DNA of 56,550 nucleotides from a virus (Duplodnaviria > Caudoviricetes), in the IMG/VR virus record IMGVR_UViG_3300037493_003812, positions 1-56,550 of that record. One strand, 5' to 3'. The notes below the pieces were generated by a model. The model was not told the origin of the DNA, searched no databases, and was given only the letters and a program-made list of their open reading frames with translations. This document shows positions 47,452-55,539 of the stretch, piece by piece (the first letter of the stretch is position 1; the number at the start of each line of letters is the position of its first letter). Position numbers and translations under genes: made by a program.

Positions 47452-48210
47452 GTGAATATGAAATATAAGCTTTATGTTTTAGTGGATCCAAATACACGAA
47501 AGATTCGATATGTAGGGCAAACGGTTCAGAGTGTTCGGGCACGTCTTAATCAACATATATGGCACACGACTAGCCCTAGTCAAAGGAAGCTTCATGTAAA
47601 TTACTGGATAAAGCAATTGCTTGACGCCGGCCAGAAACCACTTCTTCGTTTAGTCTGTTTACGGGAAACTGTTGAAGAAATGGACGCCGCCGAAATTGCC
47701 GCTATAGCAAAACTTCGAGCAAAGGGTTATAAGCTTTGTAATATTACCTTCGGCGGGGACGGACACTTTCTTATGTCCGAAGAAACCAAGGAGAAAATTA
47801 GTCAAGCACAGCGAGGCGAAAACAATCATTTCTTTGGTAAGAAGCATACGGAAGAAACGAAAGAACTTATTCGTCAAGCCGGTCTAGGAAGAGCATGCTC
47901 TCCGGAAACCCGAGCGAAGCTTTCAACGACTTTTACCGGGCCTTCGTCTCCTAATTGGGGAAGAAAACACACTTCCGAAACAAGAGCTAAACTTTTAGCG
48001 GCAAAAGCAAAGCTGGCTAAGACATGGACGTTCATAAATCCGGAGGGATTAGAAATCACTTTCACAAACATAAAACAGTTTTGCCGTGAAAATGGTCTTT
48101 GTCATGGAAACATGCTCAGCTTAATTAGAGGTTACACCGCTCGACCAGGCGGAAAACGTGCCGCTGCTATATCCCATAGGGGTTGGACGTATTCCAAACG
48201 AACCGAATAA
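47452..48210 (+). CDS. GIY-YIG homing endonuclease with NUMOD3 repeats
   Basis: LYVLVDP..IRYVGQT..RLNQH, CNITFGG, HTEETKE repeats; flanked by 17-bp direct repeats. Confidence 0.88.
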   Translation: MNMKYKLYVLVDPNTRKIRYVGQTVQSVRARLNQHIWHTTSPSQRKLHVNYWIKQLLDAGQKPLLRLVCLRETVEEMDAAEIAAIAKLRAKGYKLCNITFGGDGHFLMSEETKEKISQAQRGENNHFFGKKHTEETKELIRQAGLGRACSPETRAKLSTTFTGPSSPNWGRKHTSETRAKLLAAKAKLAKTWTFINPEGLEITFTNIKQFCRENGLCHGNMLSLIRGYTARPGGKRAAAISHRGWTYSKRTE

Positions 48211-48301
48211 ACTGCGATTGTTCCCCAGAACGCAAAAATGCCCGGCCGAGAAGCCGGGCATCGTTATTTGCTCACCTAGCGAGGCGTTGCCGCCTCTGCT
48301 C

Positions 48302-49051
48302 TCAGGTCTCGAAAGCGACGCCTGCCGACGAGATATCATAAGTATAAACCATCTGCGCCTGGCCGGTGCGATTCTTTTCCATGCAGGCGGTACGCTTCCC
48401 ATACGTGTCCGACTTGCGGTCCGTATCGACGGCGAGGTGCAGGTGGGCATCGACAACGTGCCGGATCGCCTGCTTACCAGCGAAGGTGCCATCCTTCGTA
48501 ACCATGCCAATCAGGACGAGAACGCCATACGTCTCCTTACACCATTGCGTGAGAGCGATGGCGACCTGGACTTCCTTGTTTCCGGCAGCGGGCGCACGGC
48601 CACGCTTGCCCTTCTCACGCTCCATTTCGACACATTGAAGCGAATCGACAAAGAGGAAAACTTGCTTACCCTTATTCGCCTTCTGCACGGCCTTCGCCTT
48701 GGCGACGATACCCTGCACGCTAGACTCGTAAGACGGGATAAAACCGTTCTTAAGGTCGAGCCGACGGACAACCTTGCGAAGCTGGTAAAGCGACTCCTCG
48801 CCGGTGTTATAGATTGCGATATGGCCTGCGCCAGTCACGGCGTCGGCCAGCTGTAGCGCCAGCGTGGTCTTACCTGCGCCGGGAATTCCCGTGAGAATAG
48901 AAGCGGTTGAAGGCATGATACCGTCGCCGGCGTAAAGCGCATCGATATGCGGCATCCCCGTGCCAACGTTCACTTCAAGTTGCTTAGGCACCTCGATATC
49001 GAGGATGTTGGACTTATTGGTGACGGTGGGCTGGCCGAGATTAATCATCAT
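48302..49051 (-). CDS. RadA/Sms-like RecA-family ATPase (core only)
   Basis: GIPGAGKTT, TGEES, VDSLQ, GMVTKDG.FAG..IRHVVD, KNR. Confidence 0.85.
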   Translation of the reverse strand: MMINLGQPTVTNKSNILDIEVPKQLEVNVGTGMPHIDALYAGDGIMPSTASILTGIPGAGKTTLALQLADAVTGAGHIAIYNTGEESLYQLRKVVRRLDLKNGFIPSYESSVQGIVAKAKAVQKANKGKQVFLFVDSLQCVEMEREKGKRGRAPAAGNKEVQVAIALTQWCKETYGVLVLIGMVTKDGTFAGKQAIRHVVDAHLHLAVDTDRKSDTYGKRTACMEKNRTGQAQMVYTYDISSAGVAFET

Positions 49052-49216
49052 ATGTTCTGGTCTGTTCTTTCGGAGAGAGAATTCGACGGGCGTTTCGTTT
49101 CGCCCGTCTTGATATACTCAGTATAACAAAAAAAAGCGTTCTTTTAAACCAATTAAATTTTATTTTTTGCCCTTATTTTATAAGGGGAAAACGTGTGTCC
49201 TGGCTTACAAAAACGT

Positions 49217-49747
49217 CTAGTCTTCTCCGTGGCTGGTTCGGTCGCACGAGCAGAGCGTCGGAAACACGGCTGGAAGCGGGCTTCCACACCCCGGACACCA
49301 GTCCTCGCTACGATGCTGAGAGGTAGCACAACAATTTCCGCACGTCCATCCAGTAGGGGTCAGCGTGCAACCGGAAGCATTTATTGTGCCCGGCGCAATC
49401 ACGTCTCCACAATGGTCACAATCCTGATCGTCCTCAATTTCCAGAGTATCATCTTCTCTAGAGTCAAGGCGGTCAGCCCGATAATCTTCTGCGGTCTGAC
49501 AACGATTCCTAGTCGCTACATGTCGAGCCGTAGCAAGATCCAGTTCTCGCCCGACAATCTCAAAGCTCCCGCTCCTGAGATCCAGGCGGATTACTTCAAA
49601 CTTCCGATCACCACCAGATACGTGATTCGGATAGATGATTGACTGATACTGGACCCGTGCATCCTCATCCAGCGACTTTTCGATATATATCTCCGTGACG
49701 GACGTAATCGGTTCTGTGAGAATGCTCTCGTTTCGATGCTTAGACAT
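49217..49747 (-). CDS. Hypothetical protein with Cys-rich C-terminus
   Basis: CDHC..CGNC..CPGC. Confidence 0.55.
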   Translation of the reverse strand: MSKHRNESILTEPITSVTEIYIEKSLDEDARVQYQSIIYPNHVSGGDRKFEVIRLDLRSGSFEIVGRELDLATARHVATRNRCQTAEDYRADRLDSREDDTLEIEDDQDCDHCGDVIAPGTINASGCTLTPTGWTCGNCCATSQHRSEDWCPGCGSPLPAVFPTLCSCDRTSHGED

Positions 49748-49749
49748 AA

Positions 49750-50064
49750 TTAAGCCTGTTTAACAGCGTATTTCACGACCTGCACGATCTGTGCAGAAAC
49801 CTTAAAGAATTCAAGATCCCACCGCTCAACGCCGACGAGCGTCCACAGAGCGAGCCCGGCCTTCTTAGCTTCAAGCAACGAAGGGAAACGAGCGCTGTCC
49901 TCGACCTCGCCAACACACTGAGCCAATTCCCGTACTCCGACGCTGATCCAGCGTTCTTGGAGATGCTCAGGCTCATTGCTCCATGCTGTGAGCACCTCGC
50001 TGCGCCACCCCTTGTCGAAAACAATGAAGAATTCTGAGGAGACGTTTTTATCTTGCTTAGACAT
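49750..50064 (-). CDS. Hypothetical early protein
   Basis: Own promoter 50071-50099. Confidence 0.6.
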   Translation of the reverse strand: MSKQDKNVSSEFFIVFDKGWRSEVLTAWSNEPEHLQERWISVGVRELAQCVGEVEDSARFPSLLEAKKAGLALWTLVGVERWDLEFFKVSAQIVQVVKYAVKQA

Positions 50065-50094
50065 AGACTTATTATACCAGAATGAAAGCCGAAT

Positions 50095-50280
50095 TTAAAG
50101 TGATTTAATCAAGTCAGCGGTATCGCAGAGGCAATTATCCTCGTGGCGACCACACCCGTCGCAACGTGCGGCAACAAACTTCACGGGATGACCAAGGAAA
50201 TCCACACGCCTAGCAGAACGCAGACGGTTCTGGCGAGGGCGACTATCTTCCGAGACTTCGAGGCGGTTCGTCTTGCTCAT
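50095..50280 (-). CDS. Small Cys-containing early protein
   Basis: Own promoter 50287-50315. Confidence 0.6.
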   Translation of the reverse strand: MSKTNRLEVSEDSRPRQNRLRSARRVDFLGHPVKFVAARCDGCGRHEDNCLCDTADLIKSL

Positions 50281-50330
50281 ACTCTTATTATACCGGGTAA
50301 TTGACCGAATTTAAAGGAATAAACCGAATT

Positions 50331-50576
50331 TCAGTCGTTTTCGAAATTGCGGAAGAAACGGGTGGCATCCAGCGATTGCTCATAAGCAACCGCATCAAAG
50401 GTATCAAGGGTCTGCTTGATACTGTCATAGTTTGCTGCCAGGACAAGATAGTTCTCACTGGGAGATTCCATCATCTGGTCGAAGGCCGTTTGAAGGCATC
50501 GGCGAAGGTATCGCTCTTGCTTCTCTGCGGTATTGAAGGTGACGGCCAGCTTGAAATTGAGATCGTTGTTGAACAT
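50331..50576 (-). CDS. Hypothetical early protein
   Basis: Own promoter 50583-50611. Confidence 0.6.
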   Translation of the reverse strand: MFNNDLNFKLAVTFNTAEKQERYLRRCLQTAFDQMMESPSENYLVLAANYDSIKQTLDTFDAVAYEQSLDATRFFRNFEND

Positions 50577-50623
50577 AGACTTATTATACCTTAATAGTTG
50601 CCGAATTTAAAGTGATTAATCCT

Positions 50624-50776
50624 TCAAAATTCCTGAGTGGCCCGGATCGTGCGTTCCCGCCGTGTCCCCTGACGCTTCTGGCGCTTGTCCACCATAGGGC
50701 CGGCGGAGGGACGGTGCGCAGACTGAGCCGCCCAAGATCGCCTGGAATGTTCCCGTTGTTTTGCGTTCGTCTTCAT
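50624..50776 (-). CDS. Very basic 50-aa peptide (not in ORF track)
   Basis: MKTNAKQREHSRRSW...DKRQKRQGTRR; own promoter 50783-50811. Confidence 0.6.
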   Translation of the reverse strand: MKTNAKQREHSRRSWAAQSAHRPSAGPMVDKRQKRQGTRRERTIRATQEF

Positions 50777-50914
50777 ATACACAGTATATCAAAGTTTTAG
50801 CCGATTTTAAAGTAATTAATTTGAGTAGGGCACGCCGCCGACCATTGGTCCGTCCAAGCTCTTAGGACGTGCCAGAACGCATCCTGGCGCAAGGGGATAG
50901 CGTTCTGACAGCTT

Positions 50915-51457
50915 TCAGCGGGGAGCCTTCATTGCCGGCTCAAACTTCTCTAACAACAGATTAACAGCAAATTGAACATGACGCTTAAGGAGCCCGCCAG
51001 CAAACATATCCGTCTTCACAAGCCAAGGGAGAAACGGACCCATATCGTCCTCATCATCCAAAATACAAATTCCATCAACATTATCCCAATTAGCAAGCAA
51101 CCAACGTTGGATCTGCTTTCCTCGAATTCCAGGTCCGGTGTCCGTCATTCCAACAATACGGTCAGGGAACTTGAATCCCTTCTCAGCCAACACAGAAGCA
51201 ATCTCGGCCTGAGTATGAAGCACTCGCCAAGTAGAAGAAATAACAACATGACAATCTGCTTGCTCTACAATATCATTCAACACAGAAACATTATCAGAAT
51301 TAATATGCGATAGATCGAAAGCCCGTAGAGTCTCCGCCTCGCTGAGGCTATTTAGCAACGACGAGATCTTGCGCTTCTCATTACGTGCGAAATTCGCTTG
51401 CTGTAGGAAGCTGGAATCATTTAGAACCCCATCAATATCTAAAAACAGTATACGCAT
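50915..51457 (-). CDS. HAD-family phosphatase (RNA-repair associated type)
   Basis: FLDIDGVLN, VISSTWR, RGKQI, ILDD. Confidence 0.85.
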   Translation of the reverse strand: MRILFLDIDGVLNDSSFLQQANFARNEKRKISSLLNSLSEAETLRAFDLSHINSDNVSVLNDIVEQADCHVVISSTWRVLHTQAEIASVLAEKGFKFPDRIVGMTDTGPGIRGKQIQRWLLANWDNVDGICILDDEDDMGPFLPWLVKTDMFAGGLLKRHVQFAVNLLLEKFEPAMKAPR

Positions 51458-51519
51458 AATATTATATAGTCAGCTTAAAATCGTTCTTGTGATTTTAAAG
51501 TAATGATAGCGCTTGGGAA

Positions 51520-51822
51520 TTAGAGGTTTACCGGCTTAAAATCAATTTCACGTCCGACCACAAACTGTTCACCAATCATAAACACTGACCACGCAAGCAT
51601 AACGTTCCCGGTGTGTTCTGGAAACGTTCCAAACTCTCTCACAACCATAAAGATTTCATCATTGTCCGGAATGTAATATTGTCCAACGGGCGAGACTGTG
51701 GCGGTGTCCGAAGACCAACCATCGTGCTCGCACACCATCAAGCGCCGCCGCGACCCTAATGGATCGGCACTCCAACGTACCAATTGACCAGGGCTAAAGG
51801 TAGAAACGCTTGGGGAATTCAT
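51520..51822 (-). CDS. Small SH3/KOW-like family protein
   Basis: FSPGQLV ... FMIGEQ. Confidence 0.65.
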   Translation of the reverse strand: MNSPSVSTFSPGQLVRWSADPLGSRRRLMVCEHDGWSSDTATVSPVGQYYIPDNDEIFMVVREFGTFPEHTGNVMLAWSVFMIGEQFVVGREIDFKPVNL

Positions 51823-52112
51823 ACATTTAGCGGTGTGAAAAGGGATACTCGACCAACAAACAATTGGTCACCAACCAGAACAGTAAGCTCGCCGCCAAAA
51901 TAATTCTGTTCAACAAACAAGAAAATAGTCTCTTCATTAAACAACACGCTCTGCTTCGTCCCAGGAAGATTATTTTCCCCTACAGGGCTAAGCCAACACC
52001 CGCCACGAGGAAGGTTATGAAAAGTAAGCAAGGCTCCTGGCTGCAAGCCCCGAGCCATATTATTGACTTCGAGAATGTTGCGTCCCCTGCTGCTTGGTTT
52101 ATTCTCTGACAT
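51819..52112 (-). CDS. Small SH3/KOW-like family protein
   Basis: LQPGALL ... VLVGDQ. Confidence 0.65.
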   Translation of the reverse strand: MSENKPSSRGRNILEVNNMARGLQPGALLTFHNLPRGGCWLSPVGENNLPGTKQSVLFNEETIFLFVEQNYFGGELTVLVGDQLFVGRVSLFTPLNV

Positions 52113-52191
52113 ACTTCTATTATACCAGAAAGATGCTGGAATTTAAACCAATATTATGCGAAAAGATAATATCGATAAAACGCTTGGGAAT

Positions 52192-52485
52192 TCAGATGTT
52201 AGCCGGCACCAACCACTTTCCATGCATTCCCCATTCCCGGGTATCATCTGGGATTATTACAATAATATCATCAAACATAACTAACCAAGCTTCGTCATTA
52301 TCTCTCTGCTTCAATATCATTCCAACGCTATCGCTAGCAATAGAATGAAATTTTATGGCATAAAAGAAGCCGGGTTCACCAGCTAGGCGCTCTCTATATA
52401 CAGAAAATTCAAGAGCGTTCTTCCTCGCCGCCATATATTGATGATGACTAATTCGAACCAAATCTCCGGCCTTATACGTTTCCAT
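52192..52485 (-). CDS. Small SH3/KOW-like family protein
   Basis: YKAGDLV ... VMFDD. Confidence 0.65.
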   Translation of the reverse strand: METYKAGDLVRISHHQYMAARKNALEFSVYRERLAGEPGFFYAIKFHSIASDSVGMILKQRDNDEAWLVMFDDIIVIIPDDTREWGMHGKWLVPANI

Positions 52486-52759
52486 TCCGAATCTCCTTAA
52501 TATCGTACTGCCACACTGCTACCATTCTATCCTCATATAGACACTTATCATAATTCGTATATGGGTCTGTCGTATACTCTATAATCATTTTAGCATTATC
52601 AGTCTGCTCTATAATCATTTTATGAGAACCAATCCAGAGTAGTATTGTGCCGGCTTTCAGCCAATGCCCCTCTAAGAGAGTTCGACCATCAGCACTTATA
52701 GTATAAGCATCCGTACCCTGCTCGGGGCCCACTTCTACCAAGCATCCAGAAGACTTCAT
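52472..52759 (-). CDS. Small SH3/KOW-like family protein
   Basis: SGCLV ... CLYEDR. Confidence 0.6.
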   Translation of the reverse strand: MKSSGCLVEVGPEQGTDAYTISADGRTLLEGHWLKAGTILLWIGSHKMIIEQTDNAKMIIEYTTDPYTNYDKCLYEDRMVAVWQYDIKEIRNGNV

Positions 52760-53010
52760 TGTTCTTTTTCAATCAGCATTAATTCAAGCTTGTTTGCTAC
52801 TACCAATTCGTCTTCATAAAGAAATATACCCCAATGTTCTTCGTGCAGGGAGCCAGGCTTGTAATCCTTAATGAACATAAAGAGATTTTGTTCAGTATTG
52901 GTGCACAATGTTGCATCTATACACTTACCAGCTTCCGAGTTATATCGCCAATAAGCACCATTCCGTTCGCAAGCAAATAGAACACCTGGCTGAAATTTAG
53001 AAAATCTCAT
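52756..53010 (-). CDS. Small SH3/KOW-like family protein
   Basis: FQPGVL ... WGIFLYED; paralog of the next two. Confidence 0.65.
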   Translation of the reverse strand: MRFSKFQPGVLFACERNGAYWRYNSEAGKCIDATLCTNTEQNLFMFIKDYKPGSLHEEHWGIFLYEDELVVANKLELMLIEKEQ

Positions 53011-53294
53011 TCGTTTCGCTCCTTCTCTATCGGTCGAGCGTGATTCACAGCCCCAACTATTAACCGGTCTTCATAGAGAAAAACACCCCACTGCACACGG
53101 CTTGACGGGTTTCCCTCATAAGGCTTAATAAATATTGCATTAACCTTCTCTGAGATATAATCCTTTTCAATATCCTCATTACACTTTCCAGTGCTTGGGT
53201 CATAGTGCCAATAACTGGCGCCTTGATGCAAGCTGTATAGTGCACCGACTTGAAGTGCGGGATATTGTTCTAGCCAATTCATACTTTTGCTCAC
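53007..53294 (-). CDS. Small SH3/KOW-like family protein
   Basis: LQVGALY ... WGVFLYED. Confidence 0.65.
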   Translation of the reverse strand: MSKSMNWLEQYPALQVGALYSLHQGASYWHYDPSTGKCNEDIEKDYISEKVNAIFIKPYEGNPSSRVQWGVFLYEDRLIVGAVNHARPIEKERNE

Positions 53295-53551
53295 TTAGAC
53301 CTCGGTACAGGTTTGAAATACTTTTTAAGTGCTACACCTAGTCTATCATCCACTAGATATACTCCCCACTCCAGGAGAGGTTGATGATTTTTATAATCAC
53401 GAATATATACTACAATAGAGTCGGACTCCACTATAAATTCTTCGATGGAACAATCGCCTGCTGAATTTAAATACCAGAATCGATTGTCAACATTACGGAC
53501 ACCCTCCCGAAAACAATATAATTGTCCCGGCAAAAACTTGATCTGGCTCAC
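53291..53551 (-). CDS. Small SH3/KOW-like family protein
   Basis: FLPGQLY ... WGVYLVDD. Confidence 0.65.
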   Translation of the reverse strand: MSQIKFLPGQLYCFREGVRNVDNRFWYLNSAGDCSIEEFIVESDSIVVYIRDYKNHQPLLEWGVYLVDDRLGVALKKYFKPVPRSK

Positions 53552-53817
53552 TTGACTCTCCTAAGTGTCCGACAGTCCGCTCTCACAATCTGCTCATTGA
53601 ACATCACAAGCAAATAGTATTCCTCTTCCTCCTCAATCAAATCATCTACCACCAACCCAATATCCAAAGGTTCAACCCTTACAATACTGTTCGATGTAAT
53701 GTGAATCCCCTCAGTATCGTGCCAGCTTTCTTCCGTACAAAAGTTATGATTGCGCAGATTGCTCGCCAAGCGAACTAACGTGCCAGTCTTCATTGTATGC
53801 TTGCTTGACATATCCAT
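53548..53817 (-). CDS. Small SH3/KOW-like family protein
   Basis: MKTGTLV ... VMFNEQ; promoter upstream. Confidence 0.65.
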   Translation of the reverse strand: MDMSSKHTMKTGTLVRLASNLRNHNFCTEESWHDTEGIHITSNSIVRVEPLDIGLVVDDLIEEEEEYYLLVMFNEQIVRADCRTLRRVK

Positions 53818-53907
53818 ACGTCCAGTATATCATACAATTCTTAGATTTTAAAGTAATAAAAAAGCCGGCTAACTATTTGATATCACAAAGAAATTCTCGT
53901 CGTTACT

Positions 53908-53966
53908 CTGGCACTCATTCTACGGTCAAGGCAGATTAGGGATTGAACCTAATAAATGAGCCGGAC
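53908..53966 (-). ncRNA. tRNA-like module (T-arm plus loop-closed stem), candidate ncRNA
   Basis: TTAGG-TTCAATC-CCTAA T-arm, TCTGC/GTAGA hairpin, enclosed by CTCATT/AATGAG. Confidence 0.4.
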
Positions 53967-54082
53967 ATCTAAACCTGACTGATGCAATATCGTGGCCACG
54001 TAATTACACTCGTCGCTATCACTCATACCCAAGCGCTTGGATAAGCAATAAACAAGAACTTCTTTCTAATGTCAAATCAAAC

Positions 54083-54219
54083 GTTATTTGCTTTGTTCTG
54101 TGGATATGAACACACGCCGTTTCGAATGGGCCTTCCATTGTTAGCATCGATTCTAACACATCCGTATCCAGACACGGGCCAACCGTTAGCTTCCTTACCC
54201 ATAGAACAAAACAAATAAC
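54083..54219 (-). ncRNA. Structured ncRNA candidate with 21-bp closing stem
   Basis: GTTATTTGTTTTGTTCTATGG pairs with CCACAGAACAAAGCAAATAAC; internal hairpins; starts right after tRNA-Asn. Confidence 0.55.
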
Positions 54220-54223
54220 AAAG

Positions 54224-54295
54224 CTCCAAGACTAGGGATCGGACCTAGGACTTATCGGTTAACAGCCGAGCGTTCTACCACTGAACTATCTTGGA
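54224..54295 (-). tRNA. tRNA-Asn(GTT)
   Basis: Cloverleaf TCCAAGA/TCTTGGA, anticodon loop CTGTTAA. Confidence 0.92.
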
Positions 54296-54303
54296 ATATA
54301 CAA

Positions 54304-55146
54304 CTACATCTTACTGTAAGATCGAATCCATTTTCTAATGGCATTATCACTCACACCGTATTTTTTACCGACAGACACATAACTAGTCGTCTTCAACTCA
54401 TTCATCAATACTTCTAACGAAGGTCGTTCGACTTTTCTATTTCGTCTCGCCTGACACGGCGCACACCGCTTGGCTCCAATTACTATTTCTGTTTGACATT
54501 CTAAACAGAAACAGTTTTTTCTTTCCGGCTTAATTGGTTTTTCATATTCAACAATAGGTAAAGCCAACTTCTCTAATACAAGATTTACGCAAGCCATAAC
54601 ATCTTCACGAACGGCCTTTGCGGGTATTCTTACCACTTCCCAACCGTGTCCAACAGCAACAGCATCCCGCCGGGCGTCAATCTTTTTGACTTTATCTTGT
54701 CTGTGTGTATCACCGTCGATTTCAACATCTAAACGACACTCTGGCCAAGCAAAGTCAAAACTATACATACCGAAAGCGTATTCAGTTTCCCAGCCCACTA
54801 CACCGTTTTCTTTCAAAGCTTTTTCAAAGGCTTGCTCAGGATAAGAGCGCTTGCTAGAATGATACAGCCGATACGGTATTTTGCTCGGATTTGCTTCATA
54901 ATATCTAATTTGAGATTCGGATATCTTTCGTCTTGTTTCCTCGCTTGGAGCAGGTCGTTTATGATTTAACTGATGCAGCCTCTGCGCTTCACTCGGAGTC
55001 CTAAATGAAATTTCACCTCGACTCTTTGCTTTATACAAAGCAGCAACACACACGCCGTATTTAACACACAAATCTTTTTGACTCATGCCAGAGTCATATT
55101 CCGCTTGCAATAACTTCCAATCGTATCGTTTATGATATTTACTCAT
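54304..55146 (-). CDS. DUF559/Vsr-like homing endonuclease within the tRNA cluster
   Basis: N-terminal HTH, NUMOD3-like motif, YSFDFAW..VEIDGDTH..D..RD, Zn finger, C-terminal HTH. Confidence 0.82.
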   Translation of the reverse strand: MSKYHKRYDWKLLQAEYDSGMSQKDLCVKYGVCVAALYKAKSRGEISFRTPSEAQRLHQLNHKRPAPSEETRRKISESQIRYYEANPSKIPYRLYHSSKRSYPEQAFEKALKENGVVGWETEYAFGMYSFDFAWPECRLDVEIDGDTHRQDKVKKIDARRDAVAVGHGWEVVRIPAKAVREDVMACVNLVLEKLALPIVEYEKPIKPERKNCFCLECQTEIVIGAKRCAPCQARRNRKVERPSLEVLMNELKTTSYVSVGKKYGVSDNAIRKWIRSYSKM

Positions 55147-55212
55147 ACAATTAAGTATAGCACTAGACTCATAAATTTTATACTATTTTCGTGTTCAAAG
55201 TGCTTTTATTTG

Positions 55213-55290
55213 TAGGGCCGGCGGGAGTCGAACCCACATTGCTTTCGCTCGGATTAAGAATCCGCTACATAGCCGCTCTGTCACGACCCT
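55213..55290 (-). tRNA. tRNA with CTT (Lys) anticodon and extended variable arm
   Basis: AGGGTCG/CGGCCCT acceptor, loop TTCTTAA, 11-nt variable region with GC-GAAA-GC, GTTCGACT T-loop. Confidence 0.85.
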
Positions 55291-55308
55291 AAATCTTCAA
55301 CTACTTTG

Positions 55309-55381
55309 TGGAACCAGAGGGGAACGATCCCTCGACTGTCGCCTTAAAAGGGCGCTACTCTACCAACTGAGTTATGGTTCC
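55309..55381 (-). tRNA. tRNA-Lys(TTT)
   Basis: GGAACCA/TGGTTCC, loop CTTTTAA. Confidence 0.92.
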
Positions 55382-55447
55382 ATTTACTTACTACTTCTAC
55401 AGTCTATCACACTTCACAAACAATTTATACTGATTAATTATTTTTCT

Positions 55448-55523
55448 TGGTGACCCCAACGGGGTACGATCCCGTGTACCCGCCGTGAAAGGGCGGTATC
55501 CTTAACCACTAGATGATAGGGCC
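55448..55523 (-). tRNA. tRNA-Glu(TTC)
   Basis: GGCCCTA/TGGGGTC, loop CTTTCAC, encoded CCA. Confidence 0.93.
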
Positions 55524-55539
55524 ATCGCAAAGCCAATGC

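Noticed and set aside
53880-54220. tmRNA
   Set aside because: A T-arm is present but there is no Ala-type acceptor with G3-U70 and CCA end and no convincing tag ORF; kept only as unknown ncRNA
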